A stretch of 63,005 nucleotides of DNA, counting the filler, from Octopus bimaculoides (lineage: Eukaryota): NCBI RefSeq assembly GCF_001194135.2. It is 5 parts of 5 records of this genome, joined end to end, with 100 filler letters (N's around TTAATTAATTAA, not from the genome) between each part and the next. Parts side by side here need not be neighbours in the genome. Positions count along the whole stretch, not along the records: positions 8,895 to 39,751 come from NC_069002.1; 4 more parts are not named here. One strand, given 5' to 3'. The position numbers were made by a program, and so were the translations under genes. Shown one piece after another: positions 13,102 through 26,942 of the stretch. The notes beneath the pieces were generated by a model. That model did not search any database and was not told the DNA's origin. It saw only the letters and a list, made by a program, of their open reading frames with translations. How positions within the stretch are numbered: position 1 is the first letter of the stretch; each line of letters opens with the position of its first letter.

Positions 13102-13172
13102 AGGTCATTACAGAGAATCGAACCTCGGACTGCTCAAAGTCCGCTTCAGCAAATTGTACCATTAAGCTAACC
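13102..13172 (-). pseudogene. Degenerate tRNA-like sequence (tRNA-Gln(TTG)-like pseudogene or isolated SINE head)
   Basis: Minus strand GGTTAGCTTAATGGT (A box) ...GGACTTTGAGCAGTCCGAGGTTCGATTCTC (GGACTTTGA as in the Gln-TTG anticodon arm; B box) ...GACCT. The cloverleaf is incomplete. Confidence 0.4.
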
Positions 13173-13259
13173 ATTTATAATGCTAAATATTTTAAAATAA
13201 CAAAAATATTTTGTTAAAATGTTCACCTAGCCTTGAAGAGTTATAGTCAAGAAAATGAA

Positions 13260-13414
13260 CCCCCAGTATGTTCTTTTTGTTTTTGTTTTAGAGTGTGACA
13301 GTTATTCTGTCGGTGTCTTTTGCTGAACCACTTGGTTGTGGGGACGTAAACAAACCAGCAGCACTTGTCAAGCGTTGGTAGTGGGGGACATACTCAGTCA
13401 CGCAAATATACGAT

Positions 13415-13448
<34 letters not shown>

Positions 13449-13830
13449 GTATCCAATATATATATATATATATATATATCTGTGTGGGGGGGGAGTAATC
13501 CAATGGCCGAGGATTAGCATCACGCTTTGAAACTCGGAATTTAAATCAAACTGTTTTGATCCATATATACATGCATATATGTATATGTGTGTGTGCGCGC
13601 ATATGTGTATGTATGTATATATGCATGTGCGTGTGTATGTATATATATGTGTGTATGTATGTATGTATACGGCGGGTTTCCACACAGTTGTTGTCTACCA
13701 AATTAACTCGCAACGCATTCATCGACGCGGAACTATTGAAGAAGTCACTTGCCCAAGGTGCCGCGCAGTGGAACTGAACTCGGAGCCACCTGTTTGCAAA
13801 GCGAGTTTCTAAACCACATAAGCCATGCTT
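13260..13830 (-). mobile_element. tRNA-derived SINE family B, full-length but diverged, with internal (TA/TG)n linker
   Basis: Head at about 13670-13830 (cacttgcccaaggtgccgcgcagtggaactgaactc) and tail at about 13290-13395 (gctgaaccac..ggggacgtaaacaaaccagc..cttgtcaagcgttgg). Confidence 0.8.
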
Positions 13831-14319
13831 TTCAGAATTAATAGAATCTGTCTTACCACAATATAATGTGATGCTTTTTGTCTCTATCCAGATTTAATGG
13901 ATTCGCCCTCTCTGTTCAGAACGTGATACCTCCAGCGAGCTGTAGCAATTCTAAATCTATTCTATATTTATCACAAGTTACCTTTTTAGAAGCAATTAAT
14001 CATTTTTTAGTAATTATAAAGTGAAAAAAATAAAAGAATAAAAAACAGCGAACATTACCCCTCCCTCTAATCGCGCACTACACTGCTCCACCGCCCAGCT
14101 CTTTACCTTCCCCCCAACACTAAATCTATTGTTGAGCTGACACAATAGAATTGACAAAGCCGAGCAATTATTATTCAGAAACAATGTCCAGATTGTACCA
14201 TTAATTTTTCACGTCATATTTTTTTCTTCTCTCCATTTTTCAAACCGTCTCTCTTTTTCTCTGTTAACAAATTGTTTTTATCTCGTATAATGATTGGCAA
14301 TAATCAGTGAAGATCGCCG

Positions 14320-14335
14320 CCGGCAGATGGCGCCA
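14320..14335 (+). promoter_or_regulatory. CTCF-like binding motif
   Basis: CCGGCAGATGGCGCCA matches the CCASYAGRKGGCRS core with one mismatch; lies in unique, CpG-retaining sequence with ATTGG (reverse CCAAT) at about 14293. Confidence 0.45.
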
Positions 14336-14893
14336 CAATACAAACTGGAGTGGTGGTGGGAGTGAAGTGATTATAGTATTTTTGTTGTTCTTATGAGCTT
14401 ACGTTCTAATTTTTCTCTTTCAGTAGTGCAGGCAGGAGGAGCAGAGAGGATCGGCGACTGGTGACGTTGTTATGAGAGCGGTACTTTTAGGCCTGTTGTA
14501 TAAGACTATATAGAATAGGGGGCTTGTAGTCATGGTTGTGGGGCGGAAGGCTGCGATCTTCTTCAGGTCACACACTTTCCTGGTACGCCAGTGATTTTCT
14601 TTCTATTTTAAAAAATCTCATCCTACCCCTACACCGAATACTAGGTCTTTATATACTGCTGTGAAGTATCATAAACACATTTCCTTCTTCATTCAACACC
14701 CTCACCACAGCTACACTCTTCCATCCCATCAACCCCTCACCAAATTCTTATATTTCAAATTCTGGAGACAAGAGCCAGGTATCATTTTCAATCCACAAGG
14801 AACTTTGATCCATTAAAAGATCACCATTTTTTTCGCCACTTAAAGACCCACCACTCTTTCTGTAGTTTGACAAGGTTTTCATCCTAATACGCA

Positions 14894-15032
14894 ACTGGTA
14901 GTTAATTTATCGACTCCGAAAGGATGAAAGGCAAAGCCGACCTCGGCGGAATTTGAACTCAGAATGTAAAGACGGACGAAATACCGCTAAGCATTTCGCT
15001 CAGCGTGCTAACGTTTCTGCCAGCTCACCGCC
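14894..15032 (-). mobile_element. tRNA-derived SINE family A
   Basis: Reverse complement of ggcggtgagctggcagaaacgttagcacgctgagcgaaatgcttagcggtatttcgtccgtctttacattctgagttcaaattccgccgaggtcggctttgcctttcatcc; A-box and B-box (GTTCAAATTCC) present; many copies in the window. Confidence 0.92.
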
Positions 15033-16131
15033 TAAATATGGAAATATTGACAAGGCAGATATGTACAGTTATATTTAACCAGCATCTCTCATCTCCTGCC
15101 GCTCGACGGAAGCTTCGAACGTATTGAATTGGCTTTCGTGTGAGTAAAGATATGTTTAAGTGCATTTGGGGTTAGGTTAGCTAAGTACTTCTCGAAACAT
15201 CTCAGACACAGTAAAGGTGGTTAAGTTGCTCTCTGCCTCTCTCTCTGTAATACCTTACACAAACGACGGAAAAGACTATGCACAGTATTGACATGGTACT
15301 TCTGACGGATCACTTTTTTGCTCAATTTTGCCATTAATTCAGTTCTTTTCGCTTGATCTTTAACAAAACAAAACAAAAAAAGAACCAATAGTATATGATT
15401 TATCATAGTAGGATATATTTTTAGATTTGCCTTTGAATCTACAATAAGATATAATAGCTTATATTATATTTTCGCTAATATAGTTTGTTCCTATCAAACT
15501 CCAAATATAGTGATTCCTCTAACGTTTTTGCCCCCTCTTATTTTTTTTATTATTTTATTCATATCGGAGCTCTGATTATTTCTTTCAACTTAAGCACCAT
15601 TGTTGTTCCTTTCCATAAACTCTCATTCATTGATTATTCCATCCACATCGGTACTTTTCGCAGAACGGACCTTAAGAAGAAGACGAAGAAGAGGATGAAT
15701 AACAAGAAGAAACAAATCGAAATCTCTTCACGTGACTTAATCGATAACCGTCATAGAAAAGCAACTCTTTCTGCTTTGCTTAAATATATTTTTCCACTTC
15801 AGGTCGTCTGTATTAGACGGTTAGATCTGCTTTACTGAGTTTCTACTTCAATTTGTGGTGCGTTTGTGNNNNNNNNNNNNNNNNNNNNNNNNNNNNNNNN
15901 NNNNNNNNNNNNNNNNNNNNNNNNNNNNNNNNNNNNNNNNNNNNNNNNNNNNNNNNNNNNNNNNNNNNNNNNNNNNNNNNNNNNNNNNNNNNNNNNNNNN
16001 NNNNNNNNNNNNNNNNNNNNNNNNNNNNNNNNNNNNNNNNNNNNNNNNNNNNNNNNNNNNNNNNNNNNNNNNNNNNNNNNNNNNNNNNNNNNNNNNNNNN
16101 NNNNNNNNNNNNNNNNNNNNNNNNNNNNNNN

Positions 16132-16214
<83 letters not shown>

Positions 16215-16511
16215 TATGTACCTGTATATATGTACGTATGTAGAAATATATATATATATACACAAATATACATGCATACACAATTGTACTCATACACTTA
16301 CAAGATCAAAAACAAAGTAGGATGTTCTTACAAAGAAAATGCTTGATAAGTTTACGTCTAATTACGTCTGCAATTCACTTTGGATTGTCATTGGTTATAA
16401 CCTCTTCAGAATTTTTGCTTTTCATACAATGCTTGTCAAGTAACCCCCCCCCCCCNNNNNNNNNNNNNNNNNNNNNNNATATCCACCTGCACACAGAAGC
16501 GCGCGCGCGCG

Positions 16512-16569
<58 letters not shown>

Positions 16570-18475
16570 TACATACACCCACATATGCGCAGTGAAATTA
16601 CCAATTTCCAATTCCATCCTTATTATATATCTTGAAGTCTCACACCTAATTACAATACCATTAATTAATGATTTTCTTCCTGTTTAAGTTCAGAGTTCGT
16701 TTTCAATATATTCTTTTGTTCTTTGCTGTAATCTTCAAACTTACTTATTTAAAAATTAAAAATCAATAGGATCTTCAGTGACCTATTCAAATTGAGTCAT
16801 TAACAGTTTAAGTTAATTAAAAACGGAGACTTCTTGAACATTTTAGATATTCTCTTATGGAACAGTCTCTTAACAATTAATGGTTTGTTGGTTCATCAAA
16901 TGAAAATTTCTCTGGAATGGTCTCTTAAGAATCTTCCAATTCCTTTTGCCGCATAACGAAAGCATAGAAGGAATGTGTTTACATTCTTTAACTTTCCTAT
17001 CATAGCTAGAGCTTTTTAATGTTTAAGCTTATTTCACTTTTAGTCTTCTTACATACACACATACACACACGTATATATACAGTTTGTTTTTCACGGTAGA
17101 ACTAGAAGTAGACAAAACTATATATAATAGCCTGTAGATATTGGGTTAAAAAAAACCTTTTGGTTAAAAAACGCCCAAGGCTGCCCGTGGTAATCGAACC
17201 TATATGTTCCCTATTCATTTCGCGTATCTCGAGGCGTCAATAACATACAATTGTTGCCGGTAAGGATAAAGTTTGTAAAATGGAGGAATCATTTAGTAAG
17301 ATTTCTTTGGTCTAATAGTAAAACGCTTGTCGCTTTTGTAGAAGACCCACTTTCGATCCCCAATCTTATGTTGGGTTGACAAGATTCTGATCTGTACAAA
17401 TAGGAGGGCACATTGGCTAAAGTAATCCTAATATATCGAGAAAAAGAAAAGGATTGTCTCGATTGGAATTGCTTTGGTCATAGCTCTTCTCAATCAGGGC
17501 TGATCTAGAGTAAACAGCAACGGTAGAAACAGTAATATATATGTATTAATGTGAACTGACAGTTTCCCGAAAGTTTGTTGGTGTTTCAGAAATATGATAT
17601 GTTCAATGTTAGAGGTTAGAGAGGTTAGAATGTTCTAAATGTATGGAATGCTGTCTTGGAAGTAGGTTGTTATGTAGTTCAGATATACATTGATACAGCA
17701 AGAATTAAAGAAAACAATGAAACACAAGAATGAAAACAACAACAACAACAGCAGCAGCAGTAATAATGCAAATGATATAACAAAAAAAACGTAAACCAAG
17801 AGAAAAGATGGAGGTTAAAACAAACTGAAAAATAGACAGAGAAGGAATGGAAGAAACAATGAAACAATAGAAAATAACAGTTCAGTCTTTCAAAAACATT
17901 GGTAAATAAATGAAGTATTATGTTACTTTTCGTGCTCCATAGCAAAATTCTCTGTACACTGAATAACATGGCTTCAAGAAATTTTTAAAGACGTCATTTT
18001 ACATTGTTTTTCCTTGTAACACCATCCTGAGAAGAAACTTTTGTTTCTGACCTAACGTTAAATATACATGAAATCAAAGTGAGCCTAATAATTGTTCAAC
18101 CCTGTTAGTAAACCATCTGGGTCAGTCTAACAATCCTTTAGACCACATAAGGACCATCACAAAAATCACCGTTTTTAGTCAGGTATAAGTGAGACCCCAT
18201 TTTATACTTGTTTTTAACCGGAAAATGCTGCATTGCGAAGGGGAGAATTGTAGTGGTTAGACTTATACGCGATTAAATATGGTATTTCCTCTTGTGACTC
18301 TGCATCCGGATCAAAGGAAGCGCCAGTTGATTCGTCCATCTTTACTTCTACGTTCAACTTTGCCTGTGAATCTGTCGGAGTCGATCGAATAAGTACCAGT
18401 TGAGAACTGGAGTCGATATTGTCGACCTACACCTTGCCCCGAAATTGCTGACCTTTTTGCCAAAATTTCAAACCC

Positions 18476-18538
<63 letters not shown>

Positions 18539-18954
18539 TATATGAGTGCTGCTACATCACCATGTGTCTGTGTTTGCATGTATTCCTCAACTTGATCTCT
18601 GCTCATTTAGTTTTATTTGTGTTCCGACAGAAGTTTTGAAGAAAAACTAAAGCTGCTGATAAAATAATTGAATTTAAGAATGATAGGACAAAGTTCTACA
18701 CCAAATCATTATTCTTCGTAAGTCAGACTTTCTCGTGGGGAATTACTAATATGGCAGGTAATTTTCGAAAGAAATTATTATATTAAATATATAACAACAT
18801 TTTGCCTTTGTACCTATAGTAAACTCATTTATAATACCGTGTACAATAATTACAAAGTATGTAAAATGGTCGCTAACCATGCAGGCACATAGGTTTATAT
18901 ATGTATGTGTGTGCATATATATATGCAAGCATATATGTTTGTATATGTATGTGC

Positions 18955-19002
<48 letters not shown>

Positions 19003-19053
19003 ATATAATATAATATAAAATATAATATAATATATATATATATATATGTATAC

Positions 19054-19089
<36 letters not shown>

Positions 19090-19434
19090 TACCTACCTTC
19101 CTACCTACCTACCTCCATCCATCCATCCATACATACATACATACATGCTTAGAACCGGCCTCCCAAGATCGTGACGTCGAGTTTCACATTTCATTTCCTG
19201 AAACGAAACACTAGAATTGCCAGACACTACCTAATTAACGATCACAACAAAGGTTAGATTGTTTTCCCATAGTTCCATCAAGATGACAGCTCTTTGTCAG
19301 TTTTTTTTCTTAATTTCTTGTTTTTCTTAACTCCTCATCACTAGTCATCCTGTATCCTCCATTAAAGAACCTTAACCCTTCACCGTACACTTTCGCTTCT
19401 TTTATATACACTCGCATTCAGTTATCTTAGATGA

Positions 19435-19739
19435 AGATGTGGTTGTGTAGTATGAAGCTTGCTTCGCAGTCACATCATCCCGGGTTCAGCCCCACTGCGT
19501 GGTACCTTGCAATGGTGTCTTCTACTCTAGCCTCGGGCCGACCAAAGACATGTGAGTGGATTTTTACGATGGAAACTAAAAGTCCGTCGTGCGTGTGTTG
19601 TAAGAAGCTTCCGTCCAAACCATATGGTTCCGGGTTCAGTCCCACTGCGTGACACCTTGACATGTGTCTTCTACTATAGTCTTGAGCCGACCAAAGCCTT
19701 GTGAGTGCATTTGGTAGACGGAAGCAGAGAGAAGCCCAT

Positions 19740-19815
<76 letters not shown>

Positions 19816-20010
19816 TGTTAGTGTAATTCTGAGTCTGGTTTGTCACCCCCACCATCGCTTGACAACCGATGTTGGTGTGTTTACGTTCGCGTAACTTAGC
19901 GGTTCAGCGAAAGATATAGCTAGGATAAATAGCAGTACTTGAAAAAAAGTACTGGGGTCGATTCATTCGACTAAAATTCTTGAAGGCGGTGCTCCAGCAT
20001 GGCCACAATC
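19435..20010 (+). mobile_element. SINE family B with two consecutive heads, (TA)n linker and tail
   Basis: Head 1 about 19435-19590, head 2 about 19597-19740 (both with gggttcag[c/t]cccactgcgt), (TA)n 19748-19810, tail 19845-20010. Confidence 0.88.
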
Positions 20011-22109
20011 TAATGAGCAAAGGAAAAAAAATTGCTAACAAGCGAATTCATGGAGACGTACACACAATGCTCATAACATAAAGACGCTTAGATAGACATA
20101 TCAAGATTCCCTTTGTCTACCTCTTTAGGATGAAAATTATTTTTATATCTTACAAAGACAGAAGGCCATGGATATTTTTAGAAAAAAAAAACAATCGATT
20201 ATATCGATCTCGTCAGGAGGAAAGGTAAACGTGAGCTCATATAGGGTCTGAGATAAGAACGTAAAGGAATGTTATATTGATTCTTCGTACAATCATTTTG
20301 ATTTAACTAAAAACAACAAACAAACTTACTTTGTCAAGTCAATGAGAATTCACGCAGAGTTTAAGATCTAATCGGCGTGTACGCAGGACTATTTTCAAAG
20401 AGAGATGGAAAGAACTGAAACCGTAAAGTATTGTGGACTTCCCATGTGATTGCTTATTACTGTGTGACCGGCATCATACATTGGTGAAGTATAATTGAAA
20501 TGGAATCGTTTTGCGGATAGAATATGTGACATTTTCTCTTGCGATATAATTATAAATATTGTATAGTTATTTGTTAAAAAACAGACATTGCCTCTGAAGA
20601 TAAAGTAATATATAAAATGTTACAAAGTAAAATTAATAGATATGAAAATGATAAATGGAACTTTTTCTCTTTGTTCTAATAATTAATATTGTTATTGTGT
20701 CGAGGTCTATAATTAATATTTACAGTGAGATATATAATTAATATTTGCAGTGAGATATTAATAACAATAAGAATACGCCATATTTGTTTGCATGAGTATG
20801 AATGTCTGTGGTGTGTTTGTGTGTGTTTCTTTGTGGTTACGTATGCATATGAATGAAATAAGTTTATGTAGGTGAAAGCATCAATGTGCATAGATATTTT
20901 ATCTATACCATGGTTTCCAAAAGGTAACTGAGTGTGATTAACAGTTTTTGTAGATGTGAAGTAATATCAGGAACGATAATCAAAATATCGGATACGTGTG
21001 GGTCATGTGATGTGCGAAGTCCTCCTTCGGTGATCTTGGGTGCAAATGCTGTACGCAGAAATTAGGTACCCACTCCGATCGAAATATGAAAAAATTATAA
21101 TATCAAGGAATCCGTGGACGTCCTGGGCCCAGTGACGCGCTACTCAAAGCACCTCGTCATTAGGGAATCATGATGTAAATCAGACGTCCTAGACTCAGTA
21201 GAAATTCCTGTGTGTGTCGATAAGCGTAGATTAGCTCTGATCTTTAGTTCATGGTAGTTGTGGAGTGATACCACAACGCAATTTGTTCACTAAACACAGC
21301 ACAAAGATTGCTTTTCTTTCTTTGGTTCCACATTTAAAGGCTCACAGTTAAAACATTCACTGACATTTATCTCAATTACAGCTTATTTCATTCGAATGAG
21401 GAAAGGAGTAATGCTTGCGTATGAGTATGCCTAGTCGATTGCTTTGACTAGGAATTGAATTGCTCCTCAAATTGTAAATATATTCTAAATCTTGAAGGTA
21501 TTTTAAAGATTGTTGCTTTGCTTTGGGCTGCTTTATTGAAGTGGATAGGAAATATGGAACTCTCCAACAAGATACTCAGAAATTTCCTGCAGTGATCTAA
21601 GAGAGAGGTTTGGCTGATGTTTCTAGCACGTTGAACGGTCAGGATAAGGCACCGCCTATGTAGCATTGACTACAGCGGATATCAAATGTACATAAGAGTT
21701 TCAAGCGGATAAACTTGCTAACTATGGAGACCTGTAAGGCCAATAAAGAGCTGACATATACAAACGTATAACAAAGAGAAATGATAAGGTGTGAACAAAT
21801 TAAGTTAAATGTTACGCTGGTTAACACGTTTTGTGTTGATTTATCTTGACTTCCGTAGCTAGGATTGCATCCAACCTATTGCCATCTGTATCACAGAACC
21901 TAATTAATACAATGCTATTAATTATATGAAACTATTAAATTGCTAATTATAAACGGAGTTAGTTAATGAGGTATTTTGATCTTTACAATATACCGAATGC
22001 AAATAACGGGCTGTTTTAATGCATGTCGCAATTTATGAGTGCATATGTGTCTATACGAGAGTGTGTTAATCTGTTTTATCTCTTGTTTCTTTCACTCATT
22101 GGAAGAGGC

Positions 22110-22450
22110 CATTCTGGGGCACCGCCTCGAAGAGTTTTAGTCGAACAAATCGACCCCATGACTTCATTTTTTTAAAGCCTGGTATTTGTTCTGTTAGTCT
22201 CCTTTCCCGAACTGCTAAGTTACGAGAACGTAAATAGAGTAACGTCAATTGTCAAGCGTTGGTGGGAGCAAACACAAACACAAAGACACACGCATATGCA
22301 CGTACACACACACACGCTCACACACAAACACACACACATACGATGGGATTTATTCAGTTTCCGTCTACAAAATCTATTTACAAGGCTTTTGCGGTTCCGG
22401 AGTTATAGAAGAAGACACTTGCCCAAGGTGACACACAGTAGGACTGAACT
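22110..22450 (-). mobile_element. SINE family B, diverged
   Basis: Tail (ggggcaccgcctcgaagagttttagtcgaacaaatcgacccc) and head remnant (gaagacacttgcccaaggtg..ggactgaac). Confidence 0.8.
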
Positions 22451-22567
22451 ACATAGCCAAGGATATATATATATATATATCAGATATATACACANNNNNN
22501 NNNNNNNNNNNNNNNNNNNNNNNNNNNNNNNNNNNNNNNNNNNNNNNNNNNNNNNNNNNNNNNNNNN

Positions 22568-22622
<55 letters not shown>

Positions 22623-24011
22623 TATATGCACACACACACATGTGTATATAAACATATATGTGCGAGTATATATGTGTATACATATCGGCGAAAGAATATA
22701 TAATTTTCGAAACATTAGTTCTCAACGCAACATAAGTATTCACGCCTGTAGCATATCACGAATTAAAGACATCACGAACTAAGATGCCTAACATTAATGA
22801 AATCCACTAGTGAGAACTGGCTGTAAAATATAAATTACATTGAACGCTCTGTACTTGATGAAGGAGACACAAACATAGAATAATCTGCTTCAAATCACCA
22901 GACAGCATGATTGCAATAAATAAGGTAGCTCTATGACTCCTCACTTTAATCAAGAACGACTTCGAAGCGACACAACTGCTTCAAAATTTTCGACAGAAAT
23001 AAAGGAAAAGTTAGTTACACATGCCTACTCAATATATTTCAGCGTAACAAGGAAATTAGAAATTCCACAACACCGGACTCCTCTGATAATTCACTGTGAA
23101 CAACAGAAGCCTAGATAAGTAAGTGGTGTATAAAGCTCATCTTTCCGATAGTGCTGGAGCACCCTAAAATTAATATTGTCTTAGCGGTACAGATTTATAC
23201 AGCACACGACCGCACATAGTCACATTCTCAAATAAACATATGTGCGATCCTATAACTCAGCTTGTGTCCGCCTGGACCGTAAAGGAATTTATCAGTATTG
23301 AAATCTCGTCAAAATGTTGAAGAAGATCTTTCATTGTTAACGAAAGCAACATTACAAACTGGAAAACTCATTACAGTCTCGAAACTGTATTACAGTCACA
23401 AAAGCAGATTACAGTAACGAAACCGTATAACAGTCGCTTTTTCTGCTGCATTCTCTACATTTTCTTTATAAATATCACCATGTAGATATTTGATTAAAGT
23501 GGTGTTGATATCACATTTTTCTTATCTCACTTCTTTCACTTTTATATTATTTCGTTCATTGAGCCAGTCTGTCTGTAACCTCTCTTTCAGTTGGTGAAGT
23601 TTGTAATCATATCGCTAGAGAGGATTTTAATGTACTCTGTTATATATCGTCAGAATCGAGCTATTATTAATTTATATCTTCTTTTGATAACTAAGATAAT
23701 CACAGACACATTTATTATCTTATTTAGTGACTTAAATAATTGTATTTGGTTCCGATTCGTTTTCAGACATCGAGAAGTAGCTATACATTATTTAATCGAT
23801 TTGCTTTATGCGAATTATCGAAAATAAACAAAGGGAATGAAAATCAGGGGAAGTTTTGTGTGTTGATGTGTTTGTTCTACTCAGTGAGTATCAATAGTAA
23901 CAACAACAATGTATATTATTATATTTATTATATATAAATATCATAGATAAAGAAGGGAAAGTAACAGCCATTGTTAGGTGTGTATATTTATATAATGGAA
24001 GAGCGATGATG

Positions 24012-24116
<105 letters not shown>

Positions 24117-24439
24117 GTAATTGTAATGATGATGATAATAATAACAATAAATGTTTCAAACAACAAGTAAGCAATAATATTACTTTTACAACAAAAACCC
24201 TCCAAATATTACTTATAGTAGAATAATGATAATAGTGATGAAAATAGTGGTGATGATGATGATGAAGATGATGATGACGACGATGATAATAATAAAAAAA
24301 ATAACGATAATGATGATGATTATGGTGGTGATGATGATGATGATGGTAACGTCTGCTGATATGTGGCGGGGTTAAAGAAAAGGGAAAATAGGAAAATACT
24401 AAGATTCATCACAAAAAATGCGAATACTGTAGAGGGTTC

Positions 24440-24602
24440 CTGCAAAAATGTAATTCCAGTAATTCTAGGTGTCCTAGGTACCGTTACCAATAGATTTGGT
24501 AGTTTCCTTATTAGGATCAGCGTAAGTACGACAAGAGCGTTAATAGCAGAAATCCGTTTCTGTAGGAAGAGCAAGGATTGTTCGAGATGCCCTCGATTCT
24601 TA
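24440..24602 (+). mobile_element. R4/Dong-like non-LTR retrotransposon, C-terminal RLE tail fragment
   Basis: KNVIPVILGVLGTVTNRFGSFL then, after a frameshift, QKSVSVGRARIVRDALDS*, matching the IPVVIGALG...QKTALLGTARILR terminal motif of RLE LINEs. Confidence 0.7.
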
Positions 24603-24956
24603 AGGAAACTAAGGTGTGATGTGATATCAAGTACGTTGGTTCCAGAAGTAACATTTTTTGTACATTCTGCTAAATAGAATTACTTTCTAATTTTGGCGCA
24701 AGTTCTGAAATGAACAGAGGTAGGATTAATTGATTATATCGACAGCGACGCCAGAACAAGACTGGGACTTAATTTTACCGATTCCTTAGGGAAGAACGAC
24801 AGGCGTAGTTGAGAACAAATAAGGCATCGCAGTTCTTATTTTTCGATGCTCTAGCGATTCGGCCTGCTAAGCAGCAGCAACCACCACCACCACCACCGAC
24901 AACAACAACAATTAAACAATAGCAAAGCTAATTTAACATCAACACTAATAATAGTC

Positions 24957-25419
24957 CTTTCTACTCAAGGCGCAAGGCCTGAAATTTTGGGGCAGGGGAA
25001 TAGTCGATTACATCTCACTGGTACTTAATCTATTGATCCCGAAAGGTAGAAAGGCAAAGTCGACCTCGGCTGAATTTGAACTCAGAGCGAGAAGACGAAC
25101 GAAGTACAGCTAAGCGTTTCGTCCAAAGTGCTAACAATCCTGCCAGCACGCCGTCGTATCAGCACGAATAATAATGCTTATAATAACAATAGTAATAATG
25201 GTTTCATATTACGGCACAAGGCCAGGAATTACGGGTGAGAGGGTCTAAGGATTATATCGCCCCCCCCCCCAGTGTTCAACTGGTACTTATTTTATCGACT
25301 AAGGAAGAATGAAAGACAAAGTGGACCTTCGGCAGAATATGAATTTAGATCGTAAAGGGGGATGAGATGCCGCTAAGCACTTTACTCGGTGTGCTAACGA
25401 TTCTGTCAGCTTACCGCCT
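24957..25419 (-). mobile_element. Two tandem SINE family A copies (24957-25153, 25203-25419)
   Basis: Both show aaggcaaagtcgacctcggc..aatttgaactcag / gctaagca..tgctaacgattctg on the plus strand. Confidence 0.88.
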
Positions 25420-26030
25420 TGCAGTAGTAGCAGCAGTAGTAGCAGCAGTAGTAGCAGCAGCAGCAACAACAACAACAACAGTAGCAATGAAGACCAAATT
25501 AAACGTGGAAAGGGAGATAAACAGGGAATATGAAAATTTCAATTCAACATGGCACAGAAATGTGCAATTTCCTTTTGCATTCTCACTACAAACAATTCTT
25601 AATTCGTAATGTTAGGGATGATCGTTCATACAGAAATAAGTGAGTGGTTTAATCGTGTCATACGTACAACCATACACCATACANNNNNNNNNNNNNNNNN
25701 NNNNNNNNNNNNNNNNNNNNNNNNNNNNNNNNNNNNNNNNNNNNNNNNNNNNNNNNNNNNNNNNNNNNNNNNNNNNNNNNNNNNNNNNNNNNNNNNNNNN
25801 NNNNNNNNNNNNNNNNNNNNNNNNNNNNNNNNNNNNNNNNNNNNNNNNNNNNNNNNNNNNNNNNNNNNNNNNNNNNNNNNNNNNNNNNNNNNNNNNNNNN
25901 NNNNNNNNNNNNNNNNNNNNNNNNNNNNNNNNNNNTATATATGTGTGTTTGTATGCATGTTTATGTAGTTATATGCATATTTAAATATGTGTAGGCGTAT
26001 GTATATACAAAGAGCGAAACTGAATGAGTG

Positions 26031-26102
<72 letters not shown>

Positions 26103-26725
26103 CATGCGTATATATAGAGATATAGATAGAGACGGAGATCTATATTGGCGTGTGTAAGCGTGTGCGTAAAATTATTGTATACGCTGTGCCAAAGGTTAGG
26201 TTTATTACTTGATATAATTAAATTTACCACTTGGAGTGCACAAGTTTATTGAAATATCCTTTCAGCAGTTAGCACCCTGCGAAAGTTTGGCGCAACAAAA
26301 ACATTTCACGGTTCCTTGGTTATATTAGAACATCTTTTCAACAACTAGTGCCACCACCACCACCACCACCACCACCATCACCACCATCGCTAACGTGGAT
26401 ACAACCAAGAATTCTATCCCGCCCCCACATAATCTCCCATCGCCGCCAATATTCCTGCTATACCAGATTATCTAGGCTACCAAACTCAACAGCATTATCG
26501 CCGAGAAATTGTAAGCCACCGCCACTACCACCACTGTCAGCAGCACCATCACCACCTCCACCGCCACAATATATCACTTCCAGCAGGACTACCACGACAG
26601 TCATACCATTACCGCTACGACTACCACGGTCACTGGAAGAGAGCACCTACAGTTGCCACCAAAAACTTCTGAACCATTAATATACCTTTTAATACAATAC
26701 TATACAAATCTACAGATAAGATAAC

Positions 26726-26757
<32 letters not shown>

Positions 26758-26872
26758 TAATAATAATAAGAGCATCGCAGCAAACCACAGCACATGCCCA
26801 AGGCACACAGAGCTGCGCTCGGTAGTGAAGTAAAAGCACGTTATAAAAATAAAACTACTGAACAACAACAAC

Positions 26873-26941
<69 letters not shown>

Positions 26942-26942
<1 letters not shown>

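Noticed and set aside
14485-14530. Imperfect hairpin (ggcctgttgtata..tatagaatagg) as a possible pre-miRNA
   Set aside because: The stem is only about 10-11 bp and does not extend, and it matches no miRNA I recognise.
21258-21278. GTTGTGG-AGTGATA-CCACAAC 7-bp stem
   Set aside because: Short enough to be expected by chance, with no Helitron CTRR end nearby.
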